Source of the DNA: Eledone cirrhosa
Taxonomy: Eukaryota
Reading direction: 5' to 3'
DNA length: 64,000 nucleotides
Assembly: GCA_964016885.1 (NCBI GenBank)
Contig: OZ024742.1
Span: 128,650,001-128,714,000 of the forward strand
The position numbers were made by a program, and so were the translations under genes. Below the pieces are notes generated by a model that saw only the letters and a program-made list of their open reading frames with translations, was not told the origin of the DNA and ran no database searches. Positions 1-10,201 of this stretch are shown here, one piece after another; position 1 is the stretch's first letter; each line of letters begins with the position of its first letter.

Positions 1-387
1 TATTCACGTGACTTGCATCAACCAACCAAATTTCACTCATATATGAAAAAACAATCTGAGACCCCCCCTCCTTTTTTTAAAGGCAAATATAATAACTTTG
101 TAACGCGAACTGGTGCAAAATTTATTATACTTATTCACATGACAGTCATCAACCAACCAAATTACTTTTCTAAAAACCTAGCATTTCAAGCCACTTTTTT
201 CTATATAAAACAGAAGTAACATTCGAACACCAACCAGATGCGAGAAAAACCACAAACCGTCCATCTCAATTCTGCTTTTAAAAAGCACAAGAACTGTGAA
301 ACCGGTAAAGGAACCAAATAAATATTTTTTTAAAAAGACTCCAGCTGCATTTTCGATTTCATCTTTTTTCCTGATCTATATATATAT

Positions 388-1731
388 CATCATCATCATC
401 ATCGTTTAACGTCCATCTTCCACGCTTGCATGGGTTTGGACGGGAGTTTTCCCACTTGAGGCAAGATTGGTTGTCCTGCTCGTATAGAACTGTCTGGTGG
501 GTTTTCTACGGCTGGATGCCCTTCCTAACACCAACCATGTTTACAGAGTGGACTGGGAGGTTTTTACCGTGTTACCTACACGGCCACATTACAGCGTGGA
601 CTCTGTGTTTTTTTTTTGTCGTGACACCTACACGACCTCATTTGTTTCGGACTGGATGTTGTGGTACCAACATAACTTCACATTTAAGGGGGTGGTGTGG
701 ATGGGGTCGGGGTAGTGGGACGGGGGTGTATTTTGTTAGAGGTGCCTACTGACTGTAGGTTTCGCTTTGTACTTAGGCAAGGCGGGTCTTCTTTATAACT
801 GTGTAGCACCAAAGATCTCATTCCAGTGACATTGGAGAGGTGTAAGTGTGTGAGGTCGGAATTTATCAAGTCGTCCCAGGTTTTTCTGGGTCTGCCTACT
901 CCGTGGCTACCGTCTATTTTTATCGCCCTGCACTTTTTTTATACAGCTGTCGTCTTTCATGCGCATCACGTGACCATACCAATGTAGTCTTCTCTCGAGT
1001 AAACATCTGATCCCTCTTATTCCTAATTTCTCCCTTAGTTTGTTTATGCTTTGCCGTTCACATATATTACTATTACACATCCAGTGGAGCATGCAAGCTT
1101 CGTTTCTCTCCAGTCTGCGTATATCCTCTGCACACGATGCCCAGGTCTCACTGCCATGTAACATTGCTGTACGTATGCAGGCATCATACAGCCTGCCTTT
1201 CATTTTTAGAGAGAACCCTTTAGCGGCCAATAGTGGTATAAGCTCTCTGAATTTTTTCCATCCCGTTCTGACTCTAGCTACTGTACTTTCAGAGCACCCT
1301 CCACCACTGCTGATTTTGTCACCCAAATAACGAAAGGTGTCCACTATTTCTATAGAACCATCTGTGCAATGGAATGAGCTAGTATTCTGTGGGCACTTGC
1401 TGCTACTTATTGCACCAGAGCACCGGCCACATATAAAATCTATATTCTTAGTTAGCTTACCTGTGATCCCACTACATCTTTTATGCACCCATACTTTGCA
1501 TTTGGGGCATAAAATGGAGTTTCTGCCTACTCCTTTCCTACACACTGAGCATGGCCATTTCCCGGATGGGACCGGTGCCCTATTTTCCTTCCTACAAACT
1601 AGAACTTTAGTCTTAGCCAGGTTAATTTTAAGGCCTTTTGATTCTAGGCCATGCTTCCATGTTTGGAATTTCTTCTCTAGTTCAGCCATTGATTCAGCTA
1701 TGAGTGTTAGATCATCTGCGTATAGGAGTTC
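388..1731 (-). mobile_element. RTE-clade LINE, 5'-truncated (RT C-terminal half, 3'UTR and (GAT)n tail)
   Basis: Encodes [30 protein letters not shown] and WYGHVMR. Highly similar to the copy at 50065-53017 and flanked by TA repeats. Confidence 0.95.
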
Positions 1732-1834
1732 TATATATATATACATATATATAGCTTTTAAGCTATTTTATAGTATCTCTGTTCAGGAGCACACCACTCG
1801 TTATATTAAATTTATCTCCTCAGAGCTTTGTTAT

Positions 1835-2312
1835 ATATTCTCCGTGTGTCTAACACACGTGGACATGCCTACAAGATCAGAAAATAGCACAGCTCCCATG
1901 ACTTTCGTAGACATTTTTTCACGCTCAGAGTTGCTGAAGCGTGGAACAATCTGCCTGCGTCAGTTGTTAGCTGCCAAGACACTGCATCCTTTAAGACACT
2001 CATGCTTCCCGAAATACGCCAAAACTACACCTGATGTACCCCTTCCATACACATGCACACGTGTGTATCATGACTCGTGCACTGTTCATTTTACTGATGT
2101 TTGTGCATTGCCCTATGTACTGTACATGCACTTTTTTGATGAGTTGTGGTGCACCTGGGCACTGTACACAATATTTCATTATTATTATTTTTATATCATG
2201 ACTCATACACTGTTCATTTTCCTGACATTTGTACATTATTCTATGTACTATACATGCACCTTTGATGAGTTGTAGTGCACCTGAGCACTGTACACAATAA
2301 TTTCATTATCAT
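1835..2312 (+). mobile_element. CR1-clade LINE 3' fragment with a tandemly duplicated 3'UTR
   Basis: Encodes NTRGHAYKI...FFTLRVAEAWNNLP...ASFK, a CR1 ORF2 C-terminus. The 3' block gatgagttgt(a/g)gtgcacctg(a/g)gcactgtacaca occurs twice. Confidence 0.85.
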
Positions 2313-2485
2313 TATCATTGTCATATTGCTACATATATATTTCACATTTTTTTAATTTTGGTATTTAAATGGAAGACAAGGCAAAGACGATGAGGACAAC
2401 AAAGAAGATGAATGAAAAGAAGAAAAAGATAAGTTAAAGAACCACTACTCACCATATCACATCGTACTTCACCACACCACACTAT

Positions 2486-3365
2486 ACCACATAACAGCAC
2501 AACACATAACAGCACAACACATAACAGCACAACACATAACAGCACAACACATAACAGCACAACACATAACAGCACAACACATAACAGCACAACACATAAC
2601 AGAACAACACATAACAGAACAACACATAACAGAACAACACATAACAGCACAACACATAACAGCACAACACATAACAGCACAACACATAACAGAACAACAC
2701 ATAACAGAACAACACATAACAGCACAACACATAACAGCACAACACATAACAGAACAACACATAACAGCACAACACATAACAGCACAACACATAACAGAAC
2801 AACACATAACAGAACAACACATAACAGAACAACACATAACAGAACAACACATAACAGAACAACACATAACAGAACAACACATAACAGCACAACACATAAC
2901 AGCACAACACATAACAGAACAACACATAACAGAACAACACATAACAGCACAACACATAACAGCACAACACATAACAGAACAACACATAACAGAACAACAC
3001 ATAACAGAACAACACATAACAGCACAACACATAACAGCACAACACATAACAGAACAACACATAACAGCACAACACATAACAGCACAACACATAACAGAAC
3101 AACACATAACAGCACAACACATAACAGCACAACACATAACAGAACAACACATAACAGAACAACACATAACAGCACAACACATAACAGCACAACACATAAC
3201 AGAACAACACATAACAGAACAACACATAACAGAACAACACATAACAGCACAACACATAACAGCACAACACATAACAGAACAACACATAACAGAACAACAC
3301 ATAACAGCACAACACATAACAGAACAACACATAACAGAACAACACATAACAGCACAACACAACAC
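2486..3365. repeat. 15-bp minisatellite (ATAACAG[C/A]ACAACAC), 58 units
   Basis: Perfect 15-bp period with one dimorphic position. It is the source of the CVVLL, VMCC and CYVL ORFs. Confidence 0.98.
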
Positions 3366-3369
3366 AAAA

Positions 3370-4950
3370 TTTTTTCGTCATTGTTTTTTTCATGTGCTAT
3401 CAACTAATCCGAACTCCAAGATGCTTGCTATTGACTTTCTCTTCCTGGAAAACTGAGGTGAATGCGCTTCTCTTGTTTAACCCCAGAGTTTTCTCTAAGA
3501 TTTTTCATATGTTATCAACGAATATGACCTCCAAACCAGTTGGAAATGACTAGTTGTTCTAGAAGGAGGAGGGGTTAAAGGGGTGGAAAAATCATTGTCG
3601 TTTTGTAGATATACACCCTAATGATTTTTCGGTTTTCTTTTGTGTGCTATCAACTAATCTGGGCTCTTAATTGCTCTGAATCAATTTATTTCCTTGGTAT
3701 TCGAAAACTAAATTAAATTGAAACTAAATTAAAATTTAAAATTAAATCTAGCCCCAACCCTAAACTCTAAATCTAAACCCAACCAAGCTAAATCTAAATA
3801 TAAACTTTAAACTAAACTCTAAACATTACCCCAACCCTAAAATTAAACCTTAAACTTTACCCCAACCTTAAAATTAAACCTTAAACTTTACCCCAACCTT
3901 AAAATTAAACCTTAAACTTTACCCCGACCTTAAAATTAAACCTTTGTACAGCCACCGGAGATAACATCTGTGAAATATACAGCGCCATCTACCTGTTAGC
4001 TAGCTACATCAACGTGAAACAAAAGAAACCTTAAAACCTACCAGAATAAACGCCTACACACCGGCTAAACATCAAACGATTATTTCTGTATAAATAGAGT
4101 GGTTCCAAACACTTCAGCAGTCGACTTTTGGCAGAGTCAGCTAGCGCATCATTGTTCCTCGCCTCTACCACGCTTTGTCACTCACACGCCTTGTACCTCG
4201 TATCGTCGCTTCATGTGAAAATAAATAGCTGATCGAATTTACATCTCACTTTGCTTCGTCCTTTCAACTTGTGCTTTCGTCTGTCCATCCTCAACAGTTC
4301 TTTTAAGGGCTATATGCGACAACAGTCCTTTTAAGGGCTATCTTCAGATCTGATCAGACCGTATGCGATAACAGTCCTTCTAAGGGCTATTCTCGGATCT
4401 GATCAGAAATAGTGACTAGACTGACTAACCACGTCGCTACACCTTAAACTTTACCCCAACCTTAAAACTAAACTTTAAACTAACCCTAAAACTAAACCTT
4501 AAACTTTACCCCAACCCTAAAACTAAACCTTAAACTTTACCCCAACTCTAAAACTAAACCCTAAATATTGCCCCAACCCTAAACCTAACCCAGGGAAATA
4601 AGTTGATTGCAAGTTGCAAGCATCTAGGAGGTCAGATTAGTTGACAGCACAGGAAAAATACCGAAAATAATTATGTCCCAGAACATGTGAGTGGGGTGTA
4701 GATCTGCAAAATGCTGCCCTCTTCCCTCTCCTTTTTCTCCAAAGCTAGTTGTTTTTGACTGGTTTGGAAGTCATATTCACTGATAACGCATGAAAAAAGG
4801 GTCATAGAGAAAATTCCAAGTAGACAGGGGTTATCAGAGTAAAGGGGGAACCACCTCACCCCACCATTTTCCTTTGGGAAAACATCAGTTTCAAGCATCT
4901 TGGAGGTCGGATTAGTTGATAGCACATGAAAAATCAGATGAAAAAAATGT
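3370..4950. mobile_element. Foldback-like element: diverged ~330-bp inverted arms around an AACCCT/AAACT-type tandem array
   Basis: Arms at ~3370-3697 and ~4590-4950 share inverted blocks (tgtgctatcaactaatc / gattagttgatagcaca; gaatatgacctccaaaccag / ctggtttggaagtcatattc). A ~29-bp aaaattaaaccttaaactttaccccaacc array lies between them. Confidence 0.6.
3945..4441 (+). mobile_element. Solo LTR (Gypsy-like), 497 bp
   Basis: TGTA...TACA termini and a 4-bp TSD CCTT (3941-3944 / 4442-4445). Internal TATAAATA (~4089) and AATAAA (~4220). It interrupts the 29-bp array. Confidence 0.85.
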
Positions 4951-5476
4951 TTCCAAAATAAATCAAAGAATAAGACCACACCACACGTCACTACACCAAC
5001 TGTACCACCCAACATGCCACCACACTACACCACACTACACTATACCACACTACACCACACCATACTACCCTGAACTACACCACACTACACTACACCACAC
5101 TACACCACTCTATTCAACACTGCACCACACTACCCTGCACTACACCTCACTACAGTACACCACACTACACCATACCATTGTCCACTCTAACATTTCTGTT
5201 TTCTATTTTGCAGGTGTGTCCAGTAACAGTAAGAGAAAGGAAGTTATTTCAAAGGATCTGAGAAATTAAACACCTCATTGAGCATCATTTTAAGGTATGA
5301 TCTCGGTGTAGTTTTAAATTGACCTCTTGATATGATTACACCTCAGTCTTAAATTAATGACCTATAAATATAATCTCAATTCAGTCTTACATTAATGATC
5401 TCTAGAAATAACAACACAATCAGTACAGTATATGGAAGGGATATATTAGGTTAACGCTTGATATAGCAGGAAGAGG

Positions 5477-5513
5477 GTCTTAACGTTTCGGACGCTTGTC
5501 CTTCGTCAGAAGA
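5477..5513 (-). ncRNA. Minimal type I hammerhead ribozyme motif (Penelope-type)
   Basis: Minus strand reads UCUU-CUGACGA-A-GGAC(AAGC)GUCC-GAAAC-GUU-AAGA, with a palindromic stem III (AACGUU). Confidence 0.75.
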
Positions 5514-6194
5514 AAGAATGAGAATTAAGATAGATTGTGGAGGCGGGCAGGTTGGAATTGGAAAAAGTGTCTTTAGATAAAAATAACAGGTCCATTCATG
5601 TTGAAATCTCTTGCAAAACTGTTGGTGCTGGCGTTTTGTGTATGATTTATTTTTTAGAAAAGTGGATTACGAGCCCACCACTCTTTATATTAACTTTATG
5701 TCCTCAGTGCTTCATGAAAGTCTGAGAGATCAGCTCCATATATATTTGTTTACAATTTTTTTTATATTTAGACAGAAGAGAGGAAAAAGAAGACAAAGCA
5801 ACAACAAAAACGAAGACAACGAAATCAAAGAAGATGCGGAAAACAAAGATAACAAAACTGAAAAGGCTAAGACAAAATAGAAGAAAATGACGAAGGTATG
5901 ATTTCAGTTCAATCTTAATGTAATGACCTTATAAGCTACTTTATAGGATTACAGTGCATGAGCACAGTGCAAGTTCAGTCTTAACTTAATGATGTATCTC
6001 CTCAGCACTTTGTGAAAGTCTGAGAGATCAGCTACGTATTTTTTTACAATCTTTTTTATATCTAGATCAAAGAGAAGAAAAAGACAATAATGACAACGAA
6101 ATCGAAGATGATGAAAATGAAGAAAGTAAAGACAAGGAAGACAGGAGACGACAAAGGTATGATTTCAGTTTAATCTTAACCTAATGACCTATAG

Positions 6195-6443
6195 TGAAGG
6201 TGAATGGCTTAGTGGTTAGAGGATTGGGCTTGCAATCAAAAGGTTGTGAGTTCAATTCTCAGACCGGGTGATGTGTTGTTTCCTTGAGCAAGATACTTTA
6301 TTTCACATTGCTCCAGTTTACTCAACTGTAGAAATGAGATAGGACTGGGGTCCCTATCATTAAAATCACCCAAGACACCTCCAACAAGATATACCTTAGA
6401 GAAGGCCAGCTAAACCTCCATAGGTGTGAGCTGTAACGTAACG
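6195..6443 (+). mobile_element. tRNA-derived SINE (family B) with a (GTAAC)n tail
   Basis: A box tggcttagtgg and B box gagttcaattc; 13-bp TSD taatgacctatag (6182-6194 / 6444-6456). Confidence 0.88.
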
Positions 6444-6697
6444 TAATGACCTATAGATATTACACATAAATATTAATGTACTGACCTATAGATATGATTG
6501 AATAGGATCACAGTGCATGAGAACACTGCTTTTTTAAATTAACTTTATCCCCTCAGCACTTCGTAAAGTCCAAGAGATATATATGCGACATATATTTTTT
6601 ACATTTTTTTTTTTTTTAGGTATTCAGATGGAAGAGAAGACAAAGGCACAGAAGAAGACAATTATTACCATTATTATTGTTATTATTATTATTATAA

Positions 6698-6920
6698 AGG
6701 CTGGTGGATTGGTAGATTGGTAGAATTGGTAGAGCATCAGACAACATGCATCACAGCATAGTTATGGTCATTTACATTATGGTCCTTTACATTCTGAGTT
6801 CAAATCCCGCCGAGGTTAACTCTGCTTTTCATCCTTACGGGGGTCGATAAAATAAAGAACCAGTAACACACTGGGGTATTTGCTGGCCTTGTGCCAAAAA
6901 ATTAGAAACCATTATTATTA
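6698..6920 (+). mobile_element. tRNA-derived SINE (family A)
   Basis: Core gagttcaaatcccgccgaggttaac...catccttacggggtcgataaaataaa, shared with many copies in the window; (ATT)n tail. Confidence 0.85.
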
Positions 6921-6974
6921 TTATAATCAAACTGGTCTTGTGCCTATATCAGAAACCATTATTATAATCAAACT

Positions 6975-8705
6975 ATGCCACACTACACCACACCATGCTA
7001 CAAAACACTATACCATACCATACCATACGACACCACACTATGAAACACCATACTATACCACACCACGCTACAAAACACTATACCATACCATACTATACCA
7101 CACCACACAACAAAACACTATACCATACCACACTATGAAACACTATAGTATACCACACTACACCATGCTACAAAACACTATACCATACCATACCACATGA
7201 CACCACACCACACTACGAAACACTATACCATACCACACCACACTGCACTATGAAACACTATACTATCCCATACTACACCACACCACTTAAATTAGAAAGA
7301 ATCAACTTTTTTTACCTGGAAAAACAGAAAACCTAACTGTAAACTAAAACCAAGCCCAAAAATAAAACACTTACACTAACACAAAAGCTAACACCAACAC
7401 TAGCGAGAAAACTAACACTAACCTGAAGACTAACATAGAAACTAACACACACTAAACTGAACACTAACACACACTAAACTGAACACTAACACTAAAACTA
7501 TCACTAACCATACCACTAACAGTAACCTTAATACTAACCTTATCACTAACACTAACACTAACACTAACCCATAACCACTAACCACTAACCCATAACCACT
7601 AACCACTAACCCATAGCCACTAACCACTAACCCATAACCACTAACCCATAACCACTAACCTTAATACTAACTAACCTTAATACTAACTAACCTTAATACT
7701 AACACTAACCATAACCCAAACACTAATACTAACACTAACCATAACCCAAACACTAATACTAACACTAACCATAACCCAAACACTAATACTAACACTAACC
7801 ATAACCCAAACACTAATACTATAACACTATAACTAAAAGAAACACTAAAACACTAACACTATAACACTATAACTAAAAGAAACACTAAAACACTAACACT
7901 ATAACACTATAACTAAAAGAAACACTAAAACACTAACACTAATCCAGGGAAAAAAGTTAGAGAGGATAGGCATTACATTTTAAAGATTTTAAGTTAGAGA
8001 GAATCACATAATACCACACAATAACACTGCACAGCACAGCACACCACACTAGCCTACACTACACCAAACCACACATTATACCACACAATAACATTGCACA
8101 GTACACCACACTAACCTACCCTACACCAAACCACATTATACCACACAATAACACTGCACAGCACAGCACACCACACTAGCCTACACTACACCAAACCATA
8201 TTATACCACACAATAACACTGCACAGCACACCACACTAGCCCACACTAGACCAAACCACATTATACCACACAATAAGACTGCACAGCACACCACACTAGC
8301 CTACACTACACCAAACCACATTATACCACACAATAACACTGCATAGCACACCACACTAGCCTACACTACACCAAACCACATTATACCACACAATAACATT
8401 GCATAGCACACCACACCACACTAGCCTACACTACACCAAACCACATTATACCACACAATAACACTGCACAGCACACCACACTAGCCCACATTAGCCTACA
8501 CTACACCAAACCACATTATACCACACAATAACACTGCACAGCACACCACACTAGCCCACACTACACCAAACCACATTATACCACACAATAACACTGCACA
8601 GCACACCACACTAGCCTACACTACACCAAACCACATTATACCACACAATAACACTGCATAGCACACCACACTAGCCTACACTACACCAAACCACATTATA
8701 CCACA
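6975..8705. repeat. Pentamer-derived (ACANN) arrays, including a 60-bp higher-order repeat (8010-8705), flanking an ACTAAC array (7330-7942)
   Basis: Periodicity is directly visible; lines 8221-8400 and 8521-8700 repeat at 60 bp. Confidence 0.9.
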
Positions 8706-8747
8706 CCCCGGTAAATTTATAAAACGCCAGAATTTCTGTTTGAAAAG

Positions 8748-8778
<31 letters not shown>

Positions 8779-9264
8779 ATCACACAATATGACTGCCAAG
8801 AAGTCCTTATATTAGGGCGAAACAAATTATTACAAATCACACCATACCACACTAAACTACACCAATCCACACCATACCAAACTATACCATAAGAACACCT
8901 ACTCCTTGATTTCAGTGTGAATAATTTTATTCCACTTTTTTTTTTCTTTTTTTTTGTGCTTACCACCCAATCTGGCCTTTGACTATTTTTTGCACTTATT
9001 AACAATAAATATGACTTTGAAACCTGTCGAAAATGACTAGCTTTGAGAAATGAGGGCAGAGAGTGGGTGGAAAAAACATTCACAAAGCTAGTCAGTTTTG
9101 ATTGGAGTGGAAGTCATATTAGTTAATATGCTAAAACAAATAGTCAATTGCAAGCATCGTGAAGGTCCGATTAGTTGATAGCACATACAAAAAGGAAATA
9201 TAATTTTCCAGCTTAAATTGTTCTACCTACCTACCTACCTACCTACCTACCCAATTATATATTT

Positions 9265-9301
<37 letters not shown>

Positions 9302-9394
9302 GAGGTTATATTTAATTTGTTGGGATACAAGCAAAATATTTTTATAACTGATATAAAGCACTCAACAAATTTTTGGAATAAATATACAATATAT

Positions 9395-9623
9395 TAACAA
9401 ATGGAAACTATATGTATAAAACCATATTTATTTCATTATACATATTTAAAGGGCCACCAAAGTAAACTATGGTGCGCTTTCATCAGATAAAATATAATAT
9501 AGGTTAGTTTTATAAATAAATTATATTTTATCTGATGAAAGCGCACCATAGTTTACTTTGGTGGCCCTTGAAATATGTATAATGAAATAAATATGGTTTT
9601 ATAAATATAGTTTCCATTTGTTA
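9395..9623. repeat. Near-perfect 104-bp inverted repeat with a 21-bp spacer, set between TA tracts
   Basis: 9395-9498 is the reverse complement of 9520-9623 with only about two mismatches. Confidence 0.92.
9526..9587 (+). ncRNA. Hammerhead ribozyme motif
   Basis: UUUUAU-CUGAUGA-AAGCGCACCA(...)UGGUGGCCCUU-GAAA-UAUGUAUA-AUGAAA; stems I and II can form, and stem III is minimal. Confidence 0.7.
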
Positions 9624-10201
9624 TATATATATATATTTATTACATCACACTATGGTATTGATCTCGGTGTGAAAAATGTTCTTCCTCAATTTTTTATTTT
9701 TTTATTTTTTATTTTCTGCAAGCATCTTTGAGGTCACTTTTTATAACACTCCACACCACACCACACTAATCTACACTACACCAAACCAGATTATACCACA
9801 CCCCGGTAAATTTATAAAATACCAGGATTTCTATTTGAAAAGTTTTTTTTTTTTTTTTTTTTTTTTTTATGCAATCACACAATATGACTGCCAAGATGCT
9901 CGCAATTGACTATTTTTTGCCTGTATTATCAATAAATATGATTTTGAAACCTGCCAAAAACGACTTGCTTTGTGGAAAAATGAGGGAGGAGAATGGGAGG
10001 TAAAACCATCTACAAAGCTAGTCAGTTTTGATTGGAGTGGAAGTCATATTAGTTGTTAATATGCTAAAACAAATAGTCAATTGCAAGCATCATGAAGGTC
10101 CGATTAGTTGATAGTACATGCAAAACAAAGGAAATATAATTATCCAGCTTAAATTGTTCTACCTACCTACTTACCCAATTATATATTTACATATATATAT
10201 A

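Larger units (their letters stand above)
5214..6660 (+). pseudogene. Tandem exon-like units encoding acidic D/E/K/N peptides (decayed)
   Basis: Units at 5214-5294, 5772-5895, 6066-6156 and from 6620 have a polypyrimidine-AG start; the first three end in AAG|GTATGA, and the introns resemble each other. 6066-6156 reads QREEKDNNDNEIEDDENEESKDKEDRRRQ; 5772-5895 has stops in all three frames. Confidence 0.45.
8690..10200 (+). repeat. Direct duplication of a ~450-580 bp module (8690-9270 and 9770-10200)
   Basis: Both copies share ccacaccccggtaaatttataaaa, a poly-T run, tcacacaatatgactgccaag, gtccgattagttgatag and a (CTAC)n end. Confidence 0.85.

Noticed and set aside
1-350. Possible promoter (CACGTGAC E-box at 5-12 and a related CACATGAC)
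   Set aside because: The motifs are short and at the window edge, with no linked exon or TSS evidence.
2342-3403. Cys-rich ORFs of ~300-350 aa in three minus frames
   Set aside because: They are translations of a stop-free 15-bp minisatellite, open in all three frames, with no splice or codon signal.
3710-4590. Interstitial telomere
   Set aside because: The array has only scattered CCCTAA in a degenerate ~29-bp unit bracketed by inverted arms; it is not a (TTAGGG)n tract.
6198-6270. tRNA genes at SINE heads (also ~11310-11375 and 56745-56810)
   Set aside because: A and B boxes are present but continue into SINE cores with tails and TSDs; no clean cloverleaf.
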